Source: Felis catus (lineage: Eukaryota). Taken from it: a stretch of DNA of 64,000 nt. Both the position numbers and the translations under genes were made by a program. This document shows positions 50,521-62,227 of this stretch, piece by piece; the stretch's first letter is position 1, and each line of letters opens with the position of its first letter. The notes beneath the pieces were generated by a model. That model saw nothing but the letters and a program-made list of their open reading frames with translations, had not been told where the DNA came from and ran no database searches. The stretch covers positions 141,548,001-141,612,000 of the forward strand of contig NC_058368.1 of assembly GCF_018350175.1 (NCBI RefSeq), written 5' to 3'.

Positions 50521-51884
50521 AATAATCTGGGCCTTAATCCCTAGGGTGTCAGTGGTTACTTTAAAAATAAATGGTCTAAATCCACCAGCTCAAAGACAGA
50601 GATTCAGAGACTGGGCCAACTCAACTATACACTGCCCACAAGAAACTCACTTCAAACAAAATCAAACAGAGTTTCAAAATAAAAGGATGGAAAAGAATGT
50701 TATCAGGCAAACATTAAAAAGACAGAAAAAGCAGGAGTGGCGATATTAATACTGCTTCAGAGCAAAAAAATAAATATTAGAGACAAAGAGGGATGTTACA
50801 TAATAATAAAATGATCAACAAGAAAAAAAATACCTAAATGTGTATGTACTAACAACAGAGCTTCAAAATACATAACACAAAAACTGATAAAGCTAAAAGG
50901 AGAGAGACAAATCCACACATATACCCAGGGATTTTAACACCTCACTCTTAGCAATTGGTAGAAGTACTAAAACAAAAAAATCAGCAAAGATATAAAAAAA
51001 AAAACAACAACACCATCAACGAACAAGATCTAACTGACATTTATAGAACACTCTATCTAAGAAAGAAAAATACAAATACTTTTCAAGCACCCATGAAACA
51101 TTCATCATAGTATACCATAACTGGGGTCAAACAACAACAAAACAAACAAAAATCTCAACAAATTTAAATTAAAAGAACTGAAATAACACATAGTGCATGT
51201 ATGACTATAATGAAATAAAATTAAAAACCAATAATAAAAATAAGCAGGGAAATCTTTAAACCACTTAGAAATTAAACAACATACTTGTAAATAACCAAAG
51301 AGTCAATAAGGAAGTCTCAAAAGAAACACAGAAATACACAGATAAATGAAAATGAAAATATAACCTATCAAATGTTGTAGGATTAAGTTATAGCAATGCC
51401 AAGAGGGAAATTTATAGCAGTAAATGCTTATGTTAGGAAAAAGGAAAGATCTCAATTTAAAAATCTAAGTTCTTACTTCAGGAACCTACAAAAAGAAGCA
51501 CAAAATAAACCCTAAACAAGAAGAGGGAAATAATAAAAATAAGATCAGAAATCAAAGAAATTAGAAATAAAAAAAAACCAACAGAGACAATCTAGGAAAC
51601 AAACAGCTGAGTTTTTAAAAAACTGGTAAATCTCCAGTAAAAGTGACAAACATAAAGTGAGAAGGCACAAATCACTAATATCAGCAACAAAACAGATCAT
51701 ATCTCTACATATCTTGCAACCATTAAAGGAAAAAATTTCACAAACAATTTTATAATCCTGTTCATAATGATCATGAATTCAACAACTTAAGAGAAATGAA
51801 CCAATCCCTTGAAAACTACAGACCACCAAAACTGAAATGATAGCCTGAATATTTCTACAATCATGAAAGGAATTGAATTTTAAT

Positions 51885-52089
51885 TTTTTTTTTACATTTA
51901 TTTATTTTTGATAGAGACAGAGCACAAGTGGGGGAGGGGCAGAAAGAGAAGGAGACACACAATCCAAAGCAGGCTCCAGGCTCCGAGCTGTCAGCACAGA
52001 GCCCGACGCGGGGCCCCAACTCACAAACTGCGAGATCATGACCTGAGCCGAACTCAGACGCTTAACTGACTGAGCCACCCAGGCATCCC
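51885..52089 (-). mobile_element. CAN-SINE inside L1
   Basis: TSD aggaattgaattttaat at 51868-51884 and 52090-52106. Confidence 0.95.
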
Positions 52090-53625
52090 AGGAATTGAAT
52101 TTTAATAAAAAAGAAATAGAACTCTTCAAACCTAGATAGTTCCACTGGGCGATTTTATCAAATATTTAAAGAAGAATTAACACTAACTTTACACAAATAC
52201 TTTAAGAAAAGAGAAGAGGGAATATTTTCCAGCCAATTTTATGAGATGAGAATTAACTTGATACCAGAAACAGACAAAAGCAGTATAAAAAAAGCAAACT
52301 GCAGACCATAAACTTCGATACAAAAATCCTCAACAAAGCATTAGCAAACAGAATCCACCAATATATGAAAACAATTATACACCACAATCAAGTGAATAAG
52401 CAGGTATACAAGGCTGGTTTAACATTTAAAAATCAATCCATGTAATCCACAATATCAATAGGCCAAAGAAGACAACTCATATGGTTTTATCACATGATAC
52501 AGAAAAAGCCTTTGACAAAACCCAACACCCATTCATGATAAAAATGCTCAGCAAAGTAGGAATACAGAACTTCCTCAACTTGAAAAACACTATAAAAAAC
52601 GTACAGCTAACATTACACTTATGGCAAAAGACTGAATGCTATCTCCCTAAGATTAGAAACAAATGGAGATGTCCATTCTGACCACTTTCATTCAACACAA
52701 TACTGTAAGTCTTAGCCAGAGCAATCAGGTAAGAAAAAGAAGTAAGACATACAGATTGAAAAGAAATAAAACTGTCTCTACTTACAAATGACATGATTGT
52801 GTCTGTAGAAAACCAGAAGGAATACACAAAAAAATCTTAGAAACTAGATAGCTCAGTAATGTCACAGGTTACAAGATCAATACACAAAAAACTGAATGTA
52901 CTTCCATATTGGATAACAAAATACTATATGTGGAAACCAAAACTAAAAACAATACTATTTATATTTTCAAAGAAAATGAAATACTCAGGTAGAAATCTAA
53001 CAAAACTTCCAGGATCTATATGTTGAAAATTATGAAATGCTGATGAAAGAAGTAGGACCTAAATAAACTGTAAGACTTCTCATGTTCACTGACTGGAAGA
53101 CCTGACATAGTAAGGATGTCAATTCTCTCCAAACTGATATACAGGTTTAATGCAATTCCTATCAAAACTTAGCAAGGTGTTCTATAGACCTAGACAAATT
53201 TACAATTTTTATGGAAAGGCACAGGAAGTAGAAAAGCTAAAACAAACCAAAAAAAAAAAAAAAAAAAGAAAAAAGAAAAAAAGGAGGAGGAGGAGGAGGA
53301 GGAGGAGGAGGAAGGAGAAAGAGGATTCACTCTTCCACAATGAAAGCTTACTCTATAGCTACAGTAACCAAGACAGGGTGGTATTTGTAAACAAATAGGT
53401 TAATGGATAAACCACAGGTTAATGGATCAAAAGAGAATCCCAAAACACACCCACACAAATATGTCCAATGGCTTTTTGACAAAAGTACAAAAGCAATTCA
53501 ATGAGGGAAGGATAACGTTTTCAACAAATACTGCTGGAGCAACTGGGCACCTATAGGCAAAAAGATGAACCTCAAACTAAACCTCACACCTTATATAAAA
53601 ATTAACTCAAAACTGATCAAACCTT

Positions 53626-53850
53626 TTTTTATTTTTTTAAACATTTTTTAAATGTTTCTTTATTTTTGAGACAGAGAGAGACAGCATGAACGGGGGAGGG
53701 TCAGAAAGAGAGGGAGACACAGAATCCGAAACAGGCTCCAGGCTCTGAGCCGTCAGCACAGAGCCTGACGCAGGGCTCGAACCCACAAACCGTGAGATCA
53801 TGACCTGAGCTGAAGTCGGACGCTTAACCGACTGAGCCACCCAGGCGCCC
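53626..53850 (-). mobile_element. CAN-SINE inside L1
   Basis: TSD caaaactgatcaMacctt at 53608-53625 and 53851-53868. Confidence 0.95.
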
Positions 53851-55464
53851 CAAAACTGATCACACCTTAAAGGATAGACATAAAACCACAAAACTTTTAG
53901 ACAAAAAAAAGAAAATCTTTGCGACTTAGGACTAAACAAAGAGGCCTTAGACTTGAGACCAAAAATATAATTCACAAAAGAAAGCATTAGCCATAAATTA
54001 GATGTTCTCAAAATTAAAAACTGTTGCTCAGTGAAAGACCTTGTTAAAAGGCTAAAAAGACAAATTACAGACTAAGAAAATATTTCCAAGCCACATATCC
54101 AACAAAGGGCATTTACCTAGAATATACAAAGAACTCTCAAAAGTAGAAAAAGCGTCTAATTAAAAAGTGAGAAGAACAGACATTTCACTAAAGAGAATAT
54201 ATAGACACAAATAAGCAAAAGATATTCAACATTATAGTTGTTAGTAAATCAAAACTAAAAGCACAATTAGATATCATTACACATCTATCATGTAGGTGAC
54301 AGCTATATGCTAAAATAAAAAAGCGATAATACCAAATGCTGGTGAGGATGTGGAAAAATCAAATCATTCACACATCCCTGGTGGGAATGTAATACAGTAC
54401 AGCCACTTTGGAAGAGTTTGGCAGTTTTCTTTAAAAAAAAAAATGTACTAATACAACAGAGCAATTTCTTGGGTATTTATCCCAGAAAAATGAAAATTTA
54501 TGTCATGCAAAAACTGTCTACAAATGTTCATAGCAGCCTTTTTCATAACAGCCCAGAGCTGGCAACAGTCCAAATGTCCTTCAGTGGTTACACCTATGAT
54601 ACCATGGAATGCCTGGAATACTGCTCAGCAATAATAAGAAACAAAGTTGATAGACTCTATGACTTTAGTGGACCTCAAGGAATTATTTTCCTCAAGGAAA
54701 AAGCCAATTTCAAAATATTACATACTGTATGATCCTTCAAACAGTATTAATTACTTAGGATTTAGGGGTGGAGGTCAGGGACTACAAAGAAGTAGCACAG
54801 ACAGTCTTGTGATGGAATAGTTTTCCATCTTGATTGTGGTTGTAGTTATACATTCCACATGTGACAGAACTGTATCATACTATATACAAACACACACACA
54901 CACACACACACACACAAATGAGTACATGTGTAACAGGTGAAATATAAATAAGGTCTGTGGTGCGTTTCATGGTCTGGATATTATAATTATACAAGATATC
55001 ATTACTAACAATGCAGCAGCAATAGTGAAGGGCATATGTGACTTCCCTGAACATTTATTGCAACTTCCTGTGAATCTATAACAAAACACAAAACAAGTGT
55101 ACAGAGTATCATTTATAAACTTGAGTATAGGTAACAAGAGGCAATAAAATTTTCTTGCATCAGTGGAAGCTATTTTGAATATTTTTGTTATTGATAAAAG
55201 AAATATGGTGTTTCTTGCAGAATCAATCTTGTGAAAGACACTTCATCAAATTCCTCTTTTCGACTGAAGCTTCCTATTATTTTCCACATATTTGAAGAAA
55301 AAAATTTTCCATTTTAGGAAAAAGAAACATCCAATTATGAATGTTTAACTCATGTTTCAAGTAAATCACAAAACAATGTGTGTGCATCTTTCTCAAAAAG
55401 ACACATTTACAACTCTGCAATTATATGTAATAACTATAAATCCTTGTTGGAAAAATTGTGCCAG

Positions 55465-55694
55465 TTTTTTTTTTTTTTTTTAATTTTTTTTTCAACGTTT
55501 ATTTTTTTGGGGACAGAGAGAGACAGAGCATGAACGGGGGAGGGGCAGAGAGAGAGGGAGACACAGAGTAGGAAACAGGCTCCAGGCTCTGAGCCATCAG
55601 CCCAGAGCCTGACACGGGGCTCGAACTCACGGACCGCGAGATCGTGACCTGGCTGAAGTCGGACGCTTAACCGACTGCACCACCCAGGCGCCCC
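55465..55694 (-). mobile_element. Young CAN-SINE (SINEC_Fc-type)
   Basis: Near-consensus body, long T tail, ccagttt on both flanks. Confidence 0.96.
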
Positions 55695-57029
55695 CAGTTT
55701 GGTTTTTTTTAACATTACTTCTGGAAAATAAGAGGAGTCATGCCTCAGGTGAAATAACAGGGATACATGTTTGATTACCACTACTAATCATTTCTGCTCC
55801 AAGATAGGTTTAAAAAAACAAAAGACCAGAATACCTTCACTATTTGAGGGCAAAATCCTCTGCATCCATCCCTAATTTAGATGAGGTGAGTAGAGAAGAA
55901 GAGGGATATGGTGAGCAGAGGACCAAAATCAATTTGGGCAATATCTGAAGGTTGTGCTACACTGTTCAGCCAGAAAAGATGAATTCTTTGACTGACTGGT
56001 ATTTTGGCCTCTTAGCATCCGTCTTCTGCCTAGTTACTTATTTTACAAAAACCAAAATTAGGCCTAGTCCAGGAAAGTCCAATTTGGACAACCAATTACA
56101 GGTAAGAAGTTTGGTAGGGACTGACATTATAAATGTGTGTTATTAAGATAGTTCCGGTTCAGAAGATCCAGGATAGCCAGAGCAAAATGGATCCAAATGA
56201 CAAAATAGCCAAAGTAGTGAGAAGTGGTTAAGGAGAGTATTTAGCTCAGAACTACAGTGAGACGAGTAGAGAACCCACAAAACACAGCACTTGGCTTCCT
56301 TGATATTTTCTACGAGGGGCACAGCAGATGTAAAGAAACTATCACCGACATTAAAGTCGTAGGCAAACAGGAATAAAGCAGTGCTTCGGGCAATGCAACT
56401 GCCACTGCATATAAAAAAACCATGAATCTCTGACCACCGTATAGCTAAACTAGGGAAAGGAAATTGAGAAAAGCATGTAGCTTGAGTTAAAGACAAGGTT
56501 TCATCAAACAAATAAAATTGCAGTTGACAACTGTATACACTGCAGGTTGATAATCGCAATAAACAGAAAGACTTACTGTTCTGTAATTAGATATGGGATG
56601 GTATTTTTGAATGTAAGTGTGAAGTGGACTAGGAACCTAAGAAATCATGTTATAAACCATGACTGCTGTGACAAAGTAGAGAATTTTGACATGGCTGAAT
56701 GTAGATAGGATTTTTAAACAAAAAATTTCCCCTTTTTATAACTGCATATGTAGTCAATGATAATGTAGTAAGAGGCTAAAACTTTTAAATAACAATTAGA
56801 ACACAGGATTCAATGAAGAGTTAATCCTTACCTATAAAGCAGTAACTTTAATGAAAGATGATCAATATATACATAGTAAAACAAATTCTGTGATAATCTG
56901 TGACATTTGTAGAATTTTATTTAGAAAGACAACATATTTATTCTTCACTTCAGTAACTTACAACTCCTATCCTAGTTATACAGCTATGTTTTAATATGTT
57001 ACTGGTGATTAAAAGAATAGGGCAAAGAT

Positions 57030-57256
57030 GGGGCGCCTGGGTGGCGCAGTCGGTTAAGCGTCCGACTTCAGCCAGGTCACGATCTCGCGGTCCGTGAGTT
57101 CGAGCCCCGCGTCAGGCTCTGGGCTGATGGCTCAGAGCCTGGAGCCTGTTTCCGATTCTGTGTCTCCCTCTCTCTCTGCCCCTCCCCCGTTCATGCTCTG
57201 TCTCTCTCTGTCCCAAAAATAAATAAACGTTGGAAAAAAAAATTTTTTTTTAAAAA
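57030..57256 (+). mobile_element. Young CAN-SINE (SINEC_Fc-type)
   Basis: TSD aaaagaatagggcRaaga at 57011-57028 and 57257-57274; CpGs intact. Confidence 0.97.
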
Positions 57257-57919
57257 AAAAGAATAGGGCGAAGAAAAAACTAAGTGAGGTCAATACCTAC
57301 ACAACTGGAAAAATAAGCCTTATTTCAAGAGAAGTAGGACGTGAATGAAATGAAGTTATATACTATATCATACTATTTCTTATTAGATGTTGGAAAACAA
57401 TACAGGGCATTAAAGTGAGAGAGGTACAAGAGTGATACAAATATTTACAGAAGTACAGACTTCAAAAGCATTTAACCATCATAATTTTAAGAATCAAAAA
57501 GTTATATTCCACATATAAATTCTTATGAAGAGCAGTTATATCCTAAAGGTCAGTATATTGGGGGACATATTACATCTATAATCTGTTTACAAATCCTCCC
57601 TTAATTTATGAGTATCTTATACAAAAATGTCCTCTGCTTTACCACACACAGAGGAAGGCAGGCTCTCCCAGAAGCTCAAAAATTAAGAAGGTTTTCTTCC
57701 TGGATGTTTTAAATGACACTGTGTTCCTTGTGCACCACAGATAGCAACTGCCTGCAGAAAAATCCATTTTAAGTGATTTAACACTGTTGAATTAAGTCTG
57801 GGTTGAGTGTTCACTATTATAATTTGTAACATAATTTATATGATAAAAGCCACTGTGATTGCACTGTGTTCTAATTTTAAAAAGAAGTCTTAAGATACGA
57901 TCTGCATAAGCTTGTTTAT

Positions 57920-58145
57920 ATTCTTTTTTTTTTAAATTTATTTATTTTGAGAGAGAGAGAGCAGGGTAGGGGCAGAGAGAGAGAGGTGGGGGGGGGGGGG
58001 CGGCGAGGAGAGAAAGAATGCCAAGCGGGCTCTGTCCTGTTAGCAAAGAGGCCAATACAGGACTGGAACTTACAAACTGCAAGATCATGACCTGAGCCAA
58101 AATCAAGAGCCCGATGCTCAACCAACTGAGCCATCCAGGCGCCCC
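57920..58145 (-). mobile_element. CAN-SINE
   Basis: Reverse head caactgagccatccaggcgcccc. Confidence 0.9.
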
Positions 58146-58242
58146 TGTACTCTCCTTTTTCTTAGTGTCATCTGGATTTTATTCTATGTGCACTGCACAA
58201 TGGATTTTAAGTAAAGGAGAAAAAGATCTGATGTACCATTTT

Positions 58243-58414
58243 GAAGTTTATTTATTTTGAGAGAAAGAATGCAAGCTGGGGGGGGGGGGAGGGGCAGAAA
58301 AAGAATCCCAAGTAGGCTCTACACTCAGTGCAGAGCCCAACATGGTTCTTGATTTCACAGCCTGAGCTGATACCAAGAGTCGAATGCTTAACTGACTGAG
58401 CCACTCAGGCGCCC
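58243..58414 (-). mobile_element. CAN-SINE
   Basis: TSD ctgatgtacYatttt at 58228-58242 and 58415-58429. Confidence 0.9.
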
Positions 58415-58429
58415 CTGATGTACTATTTT

Positions 58430-59775
58430 AAACAGATCAATTTGGCTGCTGTGGTGGGAGGGAATGGAGGTGTCAAAGAGACAAAGATGTATGCCAACTA
58501 GGAGGAGGCTTTTGCAATAGCGTGCGCAAAAGATGATACTGAACACGATTAGGGGTGGTGGCAGAAGGCAAAGAAATGGAATAAGAAACAGGACTTGCTT
58601 ATACTAGCTGTGATTATTAGAGAGAGAGAGAAGCACCAGGAAGAGACCCACTAAATTTTTGGCTTTAGGTATTGGGATGACTGGAGGTATCATTTACTGA
58701 AAGGGGATAACAAGAGAAGGAACGGCTTTTTGTTTGGGGAAGGTGGGTTAGTTTAAGCGAAGACCAAGATTTTATTGATTTATTTTATTTTATTTTATTT
58801 TATTTTATTTTAGAGAGCAAGTGAGCAGGGGAGAAGGGTGGGGGGGGGAGGGAGAGAGGGAGAGAGGGAGAGAGGGAGAGAGGGAGAGAGGGAGAGAGGG
58901 AGAGAGGGAGAGAGAGAGAGACTGAGACTATAGCAGGCTCCACACTCAGTGCAGAGCCCAACATGAGGCTTGCTTCCATGACCCTGGGATTATGGCCTGA
59001 GACAAAATCAAGAGCTGCATGCTCAACCAACTCAGCCACCCAGGTGCCCCAGACTTTTATTTTGGACACCCAAGAGAATATCAAGTAGGTGATTAGTTGA
59101 ATATATGTATCTCTGGAATGGTCAAGGCTAGAGATATAAATTGGGAGATACTGGCACTAGTCCCTCCCAAGTAAGCAGGAACTCTGGTTTTTTGTTTGTT
59201 TTGCTGCTCTTTTAAAGGCCATACCTAAAAGAATGCCTGGAACAGTATTTGGCAAGTAGCAGGGGATTCAATAAATATCTGTTGAGTAAATAAATGAGCA
59301 GACATAAAAATGATACTTAAAAGTTATAGAATGGTATGAGCTTACCCAGAGATTGTAGACAGAACTCTTAAAGGTTAAAATACACACACACGCACACACA
59401 CAGGGGAGTGCAGGGTGGGGGAAGACAGCACAGGGGGAGGAGGAGGGTTTCAGCAAAGGAGACTGAAGAATAAGGATAGTGAAACAGGAGGAAAACAGGA
59501 GGCTATCCTATTAAAGATGCTAATATAAAAGAACGCTTCAAGGAGAGTGCTTGCTTACCTGTGTCAAATGCTGTTGAGGTGATGTAAGATGAGGACAAAG
59601 ACATGAAAACAGTATCACTGATGGTTCTAACAAGGGTTAGGGAATATAATCCATTCTAATAGGAAGGAAGGTAGTACAGGTACAGATGCAGATAGGTTGA
59701 AAGATTTTGTCATGGGAAAAAGAGAAAGTCCCCAATAACTTCTATTTTCTCAAGGATTTACGAAACAAGTGTCAG
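58430..59775 (-). mobile_element. L2 fragments interrupted by SINEs
   Basis: ttggctgctgtgg; ggaggtatcatttactgaaagggga; ggtcaaggctagagatataaattgggag; gtcaaatgctgttgagg. Confidence 0.5.
58772..59049 (-). mobile_element. CAN-SINE with an expanded (GGGAGAGA)n segment
   Basis: (TTTTA)n tail, 8-mer repeat at about 58850-58915, reverse head ctcagccacccaggtgccc. Confidence 0.9.
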
Positions 59776-59797
59776 CTATGCTATGATGCTATGATGG

Positions 59798-60171
59798 ATT
59801 TGCAGTGATGTGGATGGAGCTTGAGTGTTTCATCGTAAGTGAAATAAGTCAGTCAGAGAAAGATAAATACCACATGATTTCACTTATATGTGGAATTTAA
59901 CAAACAAAACAGATGGACAGATGGGAAGGGGGAAAAAAGAGAGTGGGAAACAAACCACAAGAGACTCTTAAGAATAGAGATCAAACTGAGGTGTGATGGA
60001 GGGAGGTGGGTGGGGGGAAGGGCTAAATGGGTGATGGGCATTAAGGAGGTCACTTGTTGGGATGAGCACTGGGTGTTTTATGTAAGTGATGAATCACTAA
60101 ATTCTACTCCTGAAATCATCATTACAGAGTATGTTAACTAACTTGAATTTAAATAAAAATTTGGAAAAAAA
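59798..60171 (+). mobile_element. Short 5'-truncated carnivore L1 3' end
   Basis: gtgaaataagtcagtcagagaaagataaatacc...gatgaatcactaaattctactcctgaa...aataaaaa; atgctatgatg on both flanks. Confidence 0.88.
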
Positions 60172-60629
60172 ATGCTATGATGAGAATAAATAAGCTGTTA
60201 TGGGACAAGAGAGGAGGAGCACCTATCTCCATCTTTAGGTAGAGTGTAGGGGATGTTTAAAGGATAAACACGAATTTATAAGGAAAAGGCAGGTAGGAGA
60301 AGTGGGAAGAACATCTCACACATATGCAGTATGTCTGCGGCAAAGGAAAAGAGCATGATCAGGAAATGAAAAGGTCCAGGGAGGGAATGGCAAGAGATAA
60401 GGGTGGATAGGCAGGCACTCAAATCAAGAAGAACCTTGTATGCAGTACTAAGGAAACTGAAATTTGTCATGAGGAAAATCAGGAGAAGCCACTAAAAAGG
60501 GTAACATATATATTTATTTTGGTGGTCTTCAAATCAAAATATTTACAAAAATATCTGTAAATTTAAATATACAAGTATATTTAATATAATATTAGGTCAT
60601 ATATATGTGTGTGTGTGTGTGTATTAAGG

Positions 60630-60643
60630 TTTATTTATTTATT

Positions 60644-60695
<52 letters not shown>

Positions 60696-60828
60696 TCCCA
60701 AGCAGGCTCCGCACTGGAAGTGCACAGCCCAACGAAGGACTCGAAGCCACAAACTATGAGATCATGACCTGAGCCTGAGCTGAAACTAAGAGTCTGATGC
60801 TTAATTGACTGAGCCACCCAGGTATCCC
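60630..60828 (-). mobile_element. CAN-SINE immediately downstream of the TBCA exon-2 donor
   Basis: Minus-strand head gggatacctgggtggctcag at 60828, long (GA)n on + at about 60648-60688, AATAAA tail. Confidence 0.92.
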
Positions 60829-60844
60829 AAGGATTCAATTTTAC

Positions 60845-60950
60845 CTGCTTTTTAATGGCATAATTTTCACCATCTTCAGCTTTCATTTTTTCAATCTTTT
60901 CTTCTTGTTGTTTTGCTTCCTTTTCATACATCATTTTTTCTTTGACCAGT
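60845..60950 (-). CDS. TBCA: TBCA exon 2 (106 bp; LVKEKMMYEKEAKQQEEKIEKMKAEDGENYAIKKQ)
   Basis: Acceptor tttttatAG|A at 60951/60950 and donor CAG|GTAAAA at 60845/60844; joins exon 3 in frame. Confidence 0.97.
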
Positions 60951-62005
60951 CTATAAAAATAAATCAGAAATGTTTCCAAGAATTAACTTTCTCTCTAGAA
61001 AACAGATCACAGGAAACAAAGAAACTATGTAAATATAAAACATGCTTAAAATAGCAAAGTATGTGTACTAGATGGGGAGGATGAGAGGAAGGAAAGAAAA
61101 ATACTTTAGCCATAGATGTAATACGTCTGATCCTCAGGCCCATGATATTCTATACCTCTCTAAAGCAGGTGCAAACTTCAAAACATAAAACTCTTAAATT
61201 TTTAATTAAAAACATATTTCACTATAATAATTGTATTTACAATGTAAAAACATACTCAAAATTATTATTACTAGCATTTCTGTCTAGCTTTATTATTAAT
61301 ATATGTTTTCCAAACTTTTATACACGTACTTGAAACAACATAATGGAAAAAGCTCAGCTTACTGGGAAAAAATCAGTATATAGCATTCCAAATCCAAAAC
61401 AAAGTAAGACAACAATAAACTTATTTAACAATCGTTTACTGTGCATTTGATCTTATCCCTGACATTCCTTGTGTGAGGGACTGGGGTAGACAGTTTAGAC
61501 ATGGTTCTCTTATAGACAAATAGTGGAAACACATATTTACTTACTAAAGCAAGAAAAGGTATTGATCTTTATCAATAAATCAGGAGATTTTCAACAATAA
61601 ATTGGAATAGAGAAATACAAAGTTCCACTGATTACCTCTCAGATAACCAAAATGCAATTAACCATAATAGCTCAATCTCTTGTAATCCTGATTAATAAAA
61701 GTTTTAATATAAAACAAAAATGTAGTTCAAGAAAACAGTAATATTCTGATATACACAATACCTAAAGTAGAATAAAAAGCTTTCACAGACCATGCATATT
61801 AAAAGCAGCTTTCTCCATCTGGTTTGCTTACTTATTTCTACATATATGTTGATGGGATGGAATTTAAAAATCATTATTAGAACATGGCTCTTGTTTAATC
61901 ATTTGCAATGAAAATTTGTAAATGTATTTCAAAATATTTAATTTTCATATTCTAATAGGTGTTAATATAAGTTCAGAAATCTAAAAAAAATATTTTGTCC
62001 TTTTA

Positions 62006-62227
62006 TTTAAATTTTTTTTTTCAATGTTTATTTTTTATTTTTGGGACAGAGAGAGACAGAGCATGAACGGGGGAGGGGTAGAGAGAGAGGGAGACACAGA
62101 ATCGGAAACAGGCTCCAGGCTCTGAGCCATCAGCCCAGAGCCCGATGCGGGGCTCGAACTCACGGACCGCGAGATCGTGACCTGGCTGAAGTTGGACGCT
62201 TAACCGACTGCGCCACCCAGGCGCCCC
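62006..62227 (-). mobile_element. Young CAN-SINE (SINEC_Fc-type) in TBCA intron 1
   Basis: TSD atattttgtcctttta at 61990-62005 and 62229-62244. Confidence 0.97.

Larger units (their letters stand above)
50545..55080 (+). mobile_element. Decayed ancient L1 (L1MB/MC-like): near-complete ORF2 plus 3'UTR, antisense to TBCA
   Basis: Endonuclease-like SVVTLKINGLNPP...QETHF, RT-like [16 protein letters not shown], many frameshifts and stops, ending caacttcctgtgaatctata. Two SINEs inserted; (AGG)n at about 53282-53311 and (CA)n at about 54890-54916. Confidence 0.9.

Noticed and set aside
50545..55080. Active L1 or domesticated reverse transcriptase
   Set aside because: ORF2 is broken by many stops, frameshifts and two SINE insertions; no ORF1 or 5'UTR.
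50319..62227. Orientation bias of SINEs in TBCA (8 of 10 sense)
   Set aside because: Sample too small to distinguish from chance.
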